A DNA stretch of 64,000 bases. Source: a virus. How positions within the stretch are numbered: position 1 is the first letter of the stretch; each line of letters starts with the position of its first letter. A program made the translations under genes and the position numbers. This document shows positions 1 through 7,164 of this stretch, piece by piece. Below the pieces are notes generated by a model that worked only from the letters and a program-made list of their open reading frames with translations, was not told where the DNA came from and ran no database searches. The stretch lies in IMG/VR virus record IMGVR_UViG_3300017971_000280, positions 7,275 to 71,274 of that record; one strand, given 5' to 3'.

Positions 1-221
1 GGCTCGGCTCTGAAGTAATGCTTGTGCTCAACACAATGTGGACATAAATCCCACTCTAGGAATGGGCTAAGTCCTCTGGTCTTGCAGAAGCATCTGCTCT
101 GCCGCATCCAACCTTCACCGTCATAGCGAATGTCGGCTACGTCTTGTGCTCCACGTGACGGACACACGTTATTGAAATAGAAGCCGTCACAGTGGAATGT
201 CTCTTGCTTCTTCCTAGCCAT
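1..221 (-). CDS. Cys-rich hypothetical protein, runs off the window edge (MARKKQETFHCDGFYFNNVCPSRG...CFC...CPHC...)
   Basis: Manual translation: ATG at 221 on the minus strand, GAAAGGAG SD upstream, no stop before base 1; lies downstream of the minus-strand promoter. Confidence 0.7.
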   Translation of the reverse strand, partial: MARKKQETFHCDGFYFNNVCPSRGAQDVADIRYDGEGWMRQSRCFCKTRGLSPFLEWDLCPHCVEHKHYFRAE

Positions 222-256
222 TCTGCTCTCCTTTCCATAGTATTCCCACTATTAAG

Positions 257-285
257 ATCTTAGCACAAGCCTAGAAATATGTCAA
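257..285 (-). promoter_or_regulatory. sigma70-type promoter, class A: TTGACA-17-TAAGAT with extended -10 TG
   Basis: Reverse complement AAAACACTTGACAtatttCTAGGCTTGTGCTAAGATCT is a near copy of the + strand promoter at 863. Confidence 0.8.
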
Positions 286-320
286 GTGTTTTGTTTGGCA
301 GAGATCAAGTGAAGTGGCTC

Positions 321-810
321 TGTTCTACAACACGGCATTGGCTCAGAATGGGTGGGTGTGCTTTGGTTTATAGTCTGTTATCTCACTATACTATATACAA
401 GGCACACACTATACTATTACTTGGACATTGGCTTCATAGAATACGCTAGGTGTAAACAGAGAATAGAACAAGGGTAGAGTCAAGAATGGCACGCAGAACA
501 CAGGTAGAACAGTAACGTTTCTCTCATGTTCAGCAAACTTTTCAAAGTTGCCGCCTTGTCATGTTCAGCATATGGCACAGAGTATGTTCAGCGTAATGGC
601 TTCCTTGTGTTTTGTATAGTATAGTAGTGGTATTATTGCCTAGCGGTAATACAAGAAAGGAATGCCACCACCCACCCTGCTGTTCAGCTTAACGGCTGTT
701 TTGCCATACTTAACGTTCTGTTCAGAAAAACGTGCCATGACCTGCTGTTCTATACTACGGCACTATTGCCATTATTTATTTGCGGCAATTTTGCCACTGG
801 CATTATTGCC
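321..810. repeat. Array of GGCA-N4-TGCC palindromes and TGTTC-N6-AYGGC units (operator- or iteron-like)
   Basis: Exact palindromes at 759, 784, 799; one-mismatch copies at 629, 694; TGTTC-N6-AYGGC at 321, 585, 681, 746. Confidence 0.7.
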
Positions 811-862
811 TCACATCTCTAAAGTACCGCACTACGGATTTTATTCCGCCATAAGAAAACAC

Positions 863-891
863 TTGACAAAATCCTAGGCTTGTGCTATGAT
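863..891 (+). promoter_or_regulatory. sigma70-type promoter, class A: TTGACA-17-TATGAT with extended -10
   Basis: TTGACA 863-868, TATGAT 886-891, GATC overlapping the -10. Confidence 0.85.
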
Positions 892-900
892 CTAGGTAGC

Positions 901-1233
901 ATGAATAAAGTAAATAATGATAACGCTCCAAGTGAAGTCTATATTCTACACTTCCAGTCACCCTACTGGACACGCTGTAGACACTATGTAGGGTATACCA
1001 CTAGAGACGTAGAGACTAGAGTCTCAGAGCATCGCTCTGGTAAAGGCTCGCTTTTAGTCAACTACGCTCACAACAAGAAGGGCATTGACTTTGTTGTGGG
1101 ACTTGTGGAGCAATTCGCAACACGTAAGCTTGCAAGGTGGCGTGAGAAACAACTCAAGAGAGAAGGACACTTATCACGCCATTGCAAAATATGTCAGGAA
1201 AGGAGAGCCGATGATGGAAATTGTCATGAGTAA
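901..1233 (+). CDS. GIY-YIG nuclease family protein
   Basis: VYILHF...HYVGYT...R..EH..GKGS and a C-terminal E..LK motif; ATG 901 preferred over TTG 880, which lies inside the promoter. Confidence 0.75.
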   Translation: MNKVNNDNAPSEVYILHFQSPYWTRCRHYVGYTTRDVETRVSEHRSGKGSLLVNYAHNKKGIDFVVGLVEQFATRKLARWREKQLKREGHLSRHCKICQERRADDGNCHE

Positions 1234-1363
1234 GGACAAAGAGACGCCAGGTGCGGTAAGGTACAGTGATGGCGAAAACCATAACATTTACCTCCGCAAA
1301 TCAGAAGCGGCTGAGATGGGTAATCCCGAATCGGTCAAGGTAACCATCGAACCTGAGAAGTAG
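1211..1363 (+). CDS. Small hypothetical protein (50 aa)
   Basis: GAAAGGAG SD before ATG 1211. Confidence 0.65.
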   Translation: MMEIVMSKDKETPGAVRYSDGENHNIYLRKSEAAEMGNPESVKVTIEPEK

Positions 1364-1399
1364 CTCAGGCAAAAATAAACGAAAGGAGTTAAAAAGCCG

Positions 1400-1669
1400 A
1401 TGAGCAGGGCGAAAGACCGAGCCAGAGCAGAGTCGGGACTAATCTTCAGAGATGGGCATTTAGTCAACAAAGAAGATTGGTACAAGGCACATCCAACCAG
1501 AGCACAACTTCAGGCACAGGTTGATGAAGCTGTCCACGCTGAGATGGCGAGGAAGGAAAAGGCAAAGAATATCCCTTCTCGCTATTATTGTACTGCCTGT
1601 AGGAAGCACCACATCAAAACTTCAAAGGTCGGCACTGAGCACATGAATTTTTATCTTGAGGAGGCATAA
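1400..1669 (+). CDS. Hypothetical protein with C-terminal CxxC/His zinc-finger-like motif
   Basis: GAAAGGAG SD; YYCTACRKHH...H. Confidence 0.65.
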   Translation: MSRAKDRARAESGLIFRDGHLVNKEDWYKAHPTRAQLQAQVDEAVHAEMARKEKAKNIPSRYYCTACRKHHIKTSKVGTEHMNFYLEEA

Positions 1670-1671
1670 TC

Positions 1672-1917
1672 TTGTTTACCAACGAATTGAAAAAAGGCGA
1701 CAAAGTTAGACTCCGCAATGGATGGGATGCCAAGCTTGAGGATAACATGAAAGGCAACACCAGACTTTGCACAGTCTACGGCTTCTGCACTGAGATGGGT
1801 AGTGTGTATTCCCATGACATCATGTGGAAGCAAAATGAAGACGGCTCAACAACTCCGATAGAACACACGCCAGCACAGCTCAAGCTCAAGGAACGTTGTG
1901 CGGCGATGGGGTTTTAG
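1672..1917 (+). CDS. Hypothetical protein
   Basis: GAGGAGG SD before TTG start; directly follows the upstream ORF. Confidence 0.65.
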   Translation: MFTNELKKGDKVRLRNGWDAKLEDNMKGNTRLCTVYGFCTEMGSVYSHDIMWKQNEDGSTTPIEHTPAQLKLKERCAAMGF

Positions 1918-1918
1918 T

Positions 1919-2002
1919 GTGGAGGCATTGGCATTTGCAATATTTATCGGAGTCTTTATCGGCGTTGTAGTAGTTGAGTCAAAGAGGCGGAACAAGTGGT
2001 AG
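1919..2002 (+). CDS. Possible 27-aa single-pass membrane peptide (MEALAFAIFIGVFIGVVVVESKRRNKW)
   Basis: Manual translation; hydrophobic stretch followed by basic tail; GTG begins 2 nt after the upstream stop. Confidence 0.4.
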   Translation: MEALAFAIFIGVFIGVVVVESKRRNKW

Positions 2003-2105
2003 GTGACCGTTCAGCAAGACGGCACGCAGAAAGGGGGTGATTAACGGCTACAAGTAAAAGCTGAAGAGCAGAACTGATTGGCTTTATTAAATTATTAGAC
2101 ATAGG

Positions 2106-2138
2106 AGAAAGCGGGCATGGCTCGCTTTCTTCTGTTCT
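2106..2138 (+). terminator. Probable intrinsic terminator
   Basis: AGAAAGCGGGC-atg-GCTCGCTTTCT stem followed by TCTGTTCT. Confidence 0.5.
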
Positions 2139-2323
2139 GTATTATGGCTACTTTGCCAGAAAGGCAACTTCTGTTCAGTTTATTTTGCCATAATTTTTAT
2201 TTACGGCATTTTTGCCCAAGATCTGAGGCTCTTGGCGGTTCAGCATATTCTGCCACTATTGCACTTTACATAACGGCGATTTTGCCTACTTTACATAACG
2301 TTGCCGATTACGGCACTATTGCC
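2133..2323. repeat. Second array of GGCA-N4-TGCC palindromes plus ACTTTACATAACG direct repeat
   Basis: Exact palindromes at 2205, 2312; one-mismatch copies at 2146, 2275; ACTTTACATAACG at 2263 and 2288. Confidence 0.7.
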
Positions 2324-2395
2324 GCATATGTAGGAAAGCGTAAGCATAGGACTAAAGTACCATGTAAAATAATGTAAAAAAAGTGATAAAAACAC

Positions 2396-2424
2396 TTGAC
2401 AAACATAAAATAATCCTTTATGAT
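2396..2424 (+). promoter_or_regulatory. sigma70-type promoter, class A: TTGACA-17-TATGAT
   Basis: AAAACACTTGACA...TATGATCTAG, same flanks as the promoter at 863. Confidence 0.85.
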
Positions 2425-2481
2425 CTAGATGTAAGCTAAAATAAAATATAAGGTTAGGATATGAATTGAATAAAAAAGCTA

Positions 2482-2598
2482 GGTGTAAAGCAAAAAGTAA
2501 GCACCATAAATCAGAGCTAGAATAACTAGCAATGCTGGAAGTGAGGTAACCAGCAAGGGATATTGAGACAATACCCTAAAAAGCACTAACAAAAGTGT
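2482..2598 (+). ncRNA. Putative structured leader or small RNA with five consecutive hairpins
   Basis: Stems GGTGT/GCACC, GCTAG/CTAGC, TGCTGG/CCAGCA, AGGG-TATTG/CAATA-CCCT, GCACT/AGTGT in a ~200-nt untranslated stretch. Confidence 0.35.
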
Positions 2599-2631
2599 AA
2601 CAGTCTTAAAATAAAATTGTGAGGTAATAAC

Positions 2632-3261
2632 GTGGTAGACAACAATACCAAAACTGGAATATCACCATCAACACTAGGTCGTGAGCGTAAACGGTATTTT
2701 GAGATGTCACAGCTTGACGGTGTGACTAAAAAGCAAGTGGAAGCACAAATGCGACTTGACGCTAAACGCTACGCTAAAAAGCTGAATAAACCAATCAGCT
2801 TTGAGGATTACAAAGCTGATATTGAGACACTCCCACAGCGTAGCAATAGCGGAAAGCGTGAAGCTGACAAGCTAACACGTGACACGCTTATACTTGAGAC
2901 GCAAGAGCTAAACGCTGTCAATAACCTTGCTATACTCTCACATCGTGGTGAGGTAACCTTGACGGATGCTGACAAAGTGAAAGCTTTTGACGCAATGGGT
3001 GAGCGTGGAGACACGTTAGCAAGTCACATGAATACCGCTTTTGATGGTGTGAAAGCACTAACCATGATACACGCACCAGATAACTTGCTTTGTGTCCACA
3101 TTGCAGGTTGGGAAGATGGTAGCAAAAATTACCGCTTTCAATACGCACCTCGTAAACTTCCCATAACCAAACGCTCAGGATACCGTGACGATAGCTTTAC
3201 CGCACCAGTGTATAACGTCAATCCTACTCCAGAGACGGAAGCACCACCAGCGGAAAGCTAA
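2632..3261 (+). CDS. Hypothetical protein (209 aa)
   Basis: Long ORF, GAGGT SD before GTG. Confidence 0.75.
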   Translation: MVDNNTKTGISPSTLGRERKRYFEMSQLDGVTKKQVEAQMRLDAKRYAKKLNKPISFEDYKADIETLPQRSNSGKREADKLTRDTLILETQELNAVNNLAILSHRGEVTLTDADKVKAFDAMGERGDTLASHMNTAFDGVKALTMIHAPDNLLCVHIAGWEDGSKNYRFQYAPRKLPITKRSGYRDDSFTAPVYNVNPTPETEAPPAES

Positions 3262-3344
3262 CCAGCTTGTCAATATTCTGCTAGTCTTTAAGACGTTAAA
3301 ATTAAGACTAGCACAATAAAATAAAATTGGAGGTACTTAACATA

Positions 3345-3485
3345 ATGTGTGAGAAGTGCGGGCGAAAGAATTGTCCTATACTAAACAAAACGGAATGCCC
3401 TATATATCAATTATGGGCAGAGGCAGAAGAGCTAGACAATAGCAAGGCAAGGCTACTGGCTGAGGCGGAGGCGATAGTAAAATGA
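3345..3485 (+). CDS. Small Cys-rich protein (46 aa, MCEKCGRKNCPILNKTECPIYQ...)
   Basis: Manual translation; GGAGGT SD; ATGA overlap with the next ORF. Confidence 0.6.
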   Translation: MCEKCGRKNCPILNKTECPIYQLWAEAEELDNSKARLLAEAEAIVK

Positions 3486-3751
3486 TACATAATATAATGA
3501 GTATGAACGAACTAGAAAAAACACTAGCACACAAGCCGAAGCCTACAAGTGAGACAACCAAAAAAGCAATTTTATTTTTACGTGGGCTTGATAGTGAGCA
3601 CGCCCATAAATTCACACTAGATAACTACATTGAAGCCGATGCCTTGACGGCTCACTATAGGTCAATAGCATATAGGTATAATGTACCCGCCAAAGTTAGC
3701 AAGCGTGATAATGTTGTATATGTATGGAAGCCTAGAGCCTATGAGTGCTAA
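3482..3751 (+). CDS. Hypothetical protein
   Basis: ORF track; ATGA translational coupling. Confidence 0.6.
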   Translation: MIHNIMSMNELEKTLAHKPKPTSETTKKAILFLRGLDSEHAHKFTLDNYIEADALTAHYRSIAYRYNVPAKVSKRDNVVYVWKPRAYEC

Positions 3752-3752
3752 C

Positions 3753-3837
3753 TTGACATAACATTGCAATCCCGTAGCCCCCGCCCACTTTACATAAAAA
3801 ACGGGCGTCCAAGCCACGAATTGCGATGTTGTGTTGG
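3753..3837 (+). other. Long imperfect RNA hairpin, possible processing site
   Basis: GACATAACATTGCAAT (3755-3770) pairs with ATTGCGATGTTGTGTT (3820-3835) using G.U pairs; inner CGCCC/GGGCG stem. Confidence 0.55.
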
Positions 3838-3939
3838 ATCTATTAGTCTAGAAGATTTTTGAAAGTTGCCTCCTGACTACGCTAAACACCTACTGGAAAA
3901 TGTAGAGCTAATACTCATCGAAATAGGTGTTTCACTGGA

Positions 3940-3968
3940 TAGACAACTATACATCTATATGGTATAAT
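3940..3968 (+). promoter_or_regulatory. sigma70-type promoter, class B: TAGACA-17-TATAAT with TG extension
   Basis: Direct consensus match. Confidence 0.7.
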
Positions 3969-4012
3969 TAAAGTAGAGGTGAGGAGAGGAACGTAACCCA
4001 GGAGGTGTGCTG

Positions 4013-4177
4013 ATGGATATTTTAATTATCATTGCTCTAGTTATTGCAATACCAGTTATTCTGTTTCCTGCGGCTTTTGTTTGGTACTTAAACATCAGTG
4101 GTATCTTGACCGTACTTAAACACAGCGTTATCAAACATAGAGTTAGGGAAGCTAGACGTAAAGCTGTACATGCGTAA
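4013..4177 (+). CDS. 54-aa single-pass membrane protein (MDILIIIALVIAIPVILFPAAFVWYLNISG...)
   Basis: Manual translation; AGGAGGTG SD; has its own promoter and terminator. Confidence 0.8.
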   Translation: MDILIIIALVIAIPVILFPAAFVWYLNISGILTVLKHSVIKHRVREARRKAVHA

Positions 4178-4183
4178 CAGCGT

Positions 4184-4220
4184 GGGGGCGGAGTATTTAT
4201 TTGCTTCGTCCCCTTTTTGT
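4184..4220 (+). terminator. Intrinsic terminator
   Basis: GGGGGCGGAGTA/TGCTTCGTCCCC stem followed by TTTTTGT. Confidence 0.8.
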
Positions 4221-4241
4221 TAAAAGACCTGTTAAAAAGGC

Positions 4242-4270
4242 TTGACAACTCCATGTTCATGTGGTATAAT
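4242..4270 (+). promoter_or_regulatory. sigma70-type promoter, class B: TTGACA-17-TATAAT, extended -10
   Basis: Perfect consensus. Confidence 0.9.
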
Positions 4271-4287
4271 ATATATAGAGGTGAGAA

Positions 4288-4473
4288 ATGGATAAATACC
4301 ATGTTCATATTTACATTGTTCAAGCTTTAGCTGAGGTGGGGGTTGATGCTTGTGACCCTGTTCAAGCTAAAGAGTTAGCTTTGGAGCAAGTTAAGAGTCT
4401 ACCATTTGGTAAACCTGATTGTCATTGCATCGCTATTGCTTTCAGAGAGGTTGAGGATGAAAACAATTTATAG
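4288..4473 (+). CDS. Hypothetical protein
   Basis: GAGGTGA SD; downstream of promoter. Confidence 0.65.
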   Translation: MDKYHVHIYIVQALAEVGVDACDPVQAKELALEQVKSLPFGKPDCHCIAIAFREVEDENNL

Positions 4474-4879
4474 TGAAGGTGCATTTGGAGAACCATATCG
4501 GATTGAAGTCAGTGATGACCTTCTTCATGAGGTTAGGTCTGCTCAACGTATGCTAAGAATGCTTCCTTGGAATGGTGAGATGTTCTTACCTGTTCCTATC
4601 ACTCCTCTAAGCGTAGATAAAAAGCTCAATGCTGAGATAGTGGTGGGGAAGAGGTTGGTGTCTATTTGTATTGAAGGTCCAGAAGGACGTGAGTCCTTAT
4701 TGGATGGTTTGGATAACTTACTTGAAATACCAGACATATATTTGAGCAGAGCGTTCGAATTTGACCTGAATGAGCATATGTTTAGTTTAATACCACGTGA
4801 CATAGACGTGATAGCTACTTGGAAGGAACTTAAACGTAAGAAATTAGAAAATTTCGAAGATAATTGCGATTTTTCCTAA
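4457..4879 (+). CDS. Hypothetical protein
   Basis: ORF track; ATG 4457 with GAGGT SD. Confidence 0.65.
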   Translation: MKTIYSEGAFGEPYRIEVSDDLLHEVRSAQRMLRMLPWNGEMFLPVPITPLSVDKKLNAEIVVGKRLVSICIEGPEGRESLLDGLDNLLEIPDIYLSRAFEFDLNEHMFSLIPRDIDVIATWKELKRKKLENFEDNCDFS

Positions 4880-4900
4880 TTTTATTGGTATTTAAACGGT

Positions 4901-4946
4901 AAAAAAGTGGTCTAATGTACCACAAAGCGTTAGTGATCGATCAGGG
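4901..4946 (+). promoter_or_regulatory. Bipartite element AAAAAAGTGGTCT-N14-CGTTAGTGATCGATCAGGG, candidate late promoter (copy 1)
   Basis: Identical blocks and spacing to 27573-27618; ends 16 nt before the tmRNA 5' end. Confidence 0.6.
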
Positions 4947-4962
4947 GATGTTCATAACGTTC

Positions 4963-5310
4963 GGGGGTGCGTGGATTCGACAGGGTGTTGAGTATAGATA
5001 TAAGCAGGTAGTTATGGTACAACTATAAAGACCGAAAAAAATAAGTGCAGAACTTAAATTATTCGTAGTCCTAGAAGAAGGATTACTCTTCTTAAACGAT
5101 GAAGCTGAGGTCGTTAAAGAAGACCGTTTCTCAGCAGAACCAGTTGAAGCTCTGGCAACTGTCTAGAGAAATCTAGAAAACCTTAGAGTTACACTCCTTA
5201 CCCTCTTTTCCATTCAGGTGAGTAAAGTGTATGCTTAGGAATGGAATAAACCTGTAGAAAATATTTATATAGATATTCTGGACAGGGAGTTCGACCCTCC
5301 CTCACCTCCA
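4963..5310 (+). ncRNA. ssrA: tmRNA; tag ORF 5047-5166 encodes AELKLFVVLEEGLLFLNDEAEVVKEDRFSAEPVEALATV
   Basis: 5' GGGGGTG..GGATTCGAC; 3' GAC-AGGGAG-TTCGACC-CTCCCT-CACCTCC-A; G3.U Ala identity pair; pk1 (GTAGTT/AACTAT plus GGT/ACC); ATAAGT-GCA resume context; CCA not encoded. Confidence 0.92.
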
Positions 5311-5373
5311 CAAAGGCAACGCTTGGTATAGTACGGTATGGTAATATGCTGTCGTTAACCTTCAATTACGGTA

Positions 5374-5571
5374 ATGGAGACGACCATGCGTAAGTTGTAT
5401 AAGATGCGTTGCAAAAACAAGAATTGTAAAGTCGAAGGTGGTTACCAGTATTACTATGAGGGAGAATCCTATGAATATGAGAGATGTCCCATATGCGGTT
5501 ACGGAGCACCTTTTTTAGAATTCGTGGAGAGGATAATACGTGAAATCAAGACAAGTTATAATACAAGATGA
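5374..5571 (+). CDS. Small zinc-ribbon protein
   Basis: CKNKNC...CPICG; start may be ATG 5386. Confidence 0.65.
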   Translation: METTMRKLYKMRCKNKNCKVEGGYQYYYEGESYEYERCPICGYGAPFLEFVERIIREIKTSYNTR

Positions 5572-5776
5572 TTGTGAAGAACCGCATGAGTCGTTCTGGT
5601 GTGACGCTACCAACTGTGATGATTGTGTACTGAGATTTCAGTGTTTTACATCTCGTTCTGAAACAATTATCGTTACCTTTCCATTAGAAACCATTGATGA
5701 AGAGATAAAAAAGGTTAACGCACAAAAATGGAGATTAAGGGATGGAAGCTCAAAGTATAGGCAAGCTCGTGTGTGA
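5540..5776 (+). CDS. Small Cys protein with CxxCxxRFQCFT motif
   Basis: ORF track; GGAGAGG SD. Confidence 0.65.
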   Translation: MKSRQVIIQDDCEEPHESFWCDATNCDDCVLRFQCFTSRSETIIVTFPLETIDEEIKKVNAQKWRLRDGSSKYRQARV

Positions 5777-5930
5777 TAAATGTCCGTTCAGGTTTCAATG
5801 TTATACTCAACGTGAGTGCTGTCAGCTTACGACTGATGTTTTTATGAATTTTACTCCTGAACAGCGAGAAGAGATGCACATACTTAAAGCGAAAAAACAG
5901 GGACGCTACTTCCCGAATAGAGCGGATTAG
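5742..5930 (+). CDS. Small Cys protein with CxxCxFRFQCYT motif
   Basis: ORF track; motif shared with the neighbouring ORF. Confidence 0.65.
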   Translation: MEAQSIGKLVCDKCPFRFQCYTQRECCQLTTDVFMNFTPEQREEMHILKAKKQGRYFPNRAD

Positions 5931-5975
5931 TCCGCTAGGTGTCGGGAGAATATATGGGCGGACCCGACTGGACCA

Positions 5976-6335
5976 ATGGACAAAATCGAGAGACGCTACC
6001 ATATTTACAAAAATGCACCAAAATGTCCTGACTGTGGAGTACCTATGGCATATTTATATACTCATATAGCTTCAAACAGAAGTGTTTGGAAATGTAGAAA
6101 ATGTAATGTCAGAGAAGAGGTTACTCACGGTTATCCAGAAGACGATGGTGACCCTAGTAAACGGACGATGATATTCGTAGTCACATTAGATTGCGAATAT
6201 ATTATTGTGCCTGGAGATAATTATGGAGATAGAAGAGTTAGAGAAAATTATCTCAGGTTTAAGGATAAACAAACCGAAATTTCGGGGAGAGGAAGTAGAG
6301 AACAAGTCTCTGCCGTTTATGCTCTCCACATTTAG
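5976..6335 (+). CDS. Zinc-ribbon protein
   Basis: CPDCG...WKCRKC; 3' end overlaps the next gene. Confidence 0.55.
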   Translation: MDKIERRYHIYKNAPKCPDCGVPMAYLYTHIASNRSVWKCRKCNVREEVTHGYPEDDGDPSKRTMIFVVTLDCEYIIVPGDNYGDRRVRENYLRFKDKQTEISGRGSREQVSAVYALHI

Positions 6336-6807
6336 AGAATTAATAAAAGATGAGATTCCACCAACCCAAGAGGAGTTTATTAATACTTTTAAAACTAAAT
6401 ATCCTGACCTGAAGCTTAGAGGAATAGTATCGAGATTGAAGAGAGCTTACTTGTCCTACATTCGGGAGTACCATTTAGGGTATCTATTAAAGAAGCACTT
6501 CAAGAAGGTTCTATATGACGAAAAGACTGATATAGCGGGTGTGGATTATGTAATCTATTATCGTGGTATCAAGTTTAATATTCATGCTTATGTTAACACT
6601 GAGAATGGTAAGTACTGGAGAGAAGTTAAGAATGGTAGACATAAGTTTCGTGGTGAACACTTAGATATACCTATGGATTTAGATAAGGGTAAACGTTGTG
6701 GCAAACTCATTCTTTATACAGATGACCACGTAAAAAAGCTGAAAGAAGAAATGGGAAAAATTGCTGATAAGAGATACCCTAAAAAGGAGAAAACCAGTGG
6801 TCTGTGA
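6223..6807 (+). CDS. Putative PD-(D/E)xK restriction-endonuclease-like protein (TaqI-like pattern)
   Basis: RLKRAYLSYIREYH...EKTDIAGVDYVI..YRG..FNIH; GGAG SD before ATG 6223. Confidence 0.5.
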   Translation: MEIEELEKIISGLRINKPKFRGEEVENKSLPFMLSTFRELIKDEIPPTQEEFINTFKTKYPDLKLRGIVSRLKRAYLSYIREYHLGYLLKKHFKKVLYDEKTDIAGVDYVIYYRGIKFNIHAYVNTENGKYWREVKNGRHKFRGEHLDIPMDLDKGKRCGKLILYTDDHVKKLKEEMGKIADKRYPKKEKTSGL

Positions 6808-6865
6808 CATTCTAACAAAAAATTTAGCTTCGGTTGTGACATTCCGAAAGACCATTGGCAAAAGT

Positions 6866-6928
6866 GATCTTAATAAGATCATAAGATCAGATCTAAACAT
6901 TGATCCTAACTGATCTATGATCTTGATC
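6866..6928. repeat. Cluster of eight GATC sites in 63 bp (origin-, pac- or methylation-switch-like)
   Basis: GATC at 6866, 6877, 6885, 6890, 6902, 6912, 6919, 6925 in an intergenic gap. Confidence 0.85.
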
Positions 6929-6942
6929 AGGCAGGGAAGGAC

Positions 6943-7164
6943 ATGGGCGAGGAAATTACCAAACAGGATATAATAAAAGCTTTAAAAAAGCATCGGAGAG
7001 AAATCACTTCAATTATCAACGGTTTAGAACAACTTGATGAGACTGATGACAGGAGTTTTAATCGAGTGGTTGTTCAAAAGATAATATTTACCCTGTTTGA
7101 GTTTGTTGATACGTTCGTTGGTACAGAAATTAATATCCACAATTTTATGAAGAGGAGAGGATAA
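6943..7164 (+). CDS. Hypothetical protein
   Basis: ORF track. Confidence 0.6.
   Translation: MGEEITKQDIIKALKKHRREITSIINGLEQLDETDDRSFNRVVVQKIIFTLFEFVDTFVGTEINIHNFMKRRG

Noticed and set aside
496-510. GAAC-N7-GAAC resembling an alphaproteobacterial LexA box
   Set aside because: Single occurrence, not overlapping a promoter; likely a by-product of the TGTTC/GAACA repeats
662-877. ORF-track 71-aa ORF (and the similar 2117..2377 ORF)
   Set aside because: Both run through the palindrome arrays just upstream of promoters and have no protein-like features; probably non-coding
321-2323. Possible CRISPR or mini-array in the early repeats
   Set aside because: Units are short, degenerate and irregularly spaced, with no constant repeat-spacer period and no cas genes
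3279-3313. TGCTAGTCTT/AAGACTAGCA hairpin as a terminator
   Set aside because: The stem is real but has no U-tract on either strand; function unassigned
5281-5312. Stand-alone tRNA suggested by the GTTCGA arm
   Set aside because: It is the 3' tRNA-like half of the tmRNA; no anticodon arm. No other tRNA was recognised
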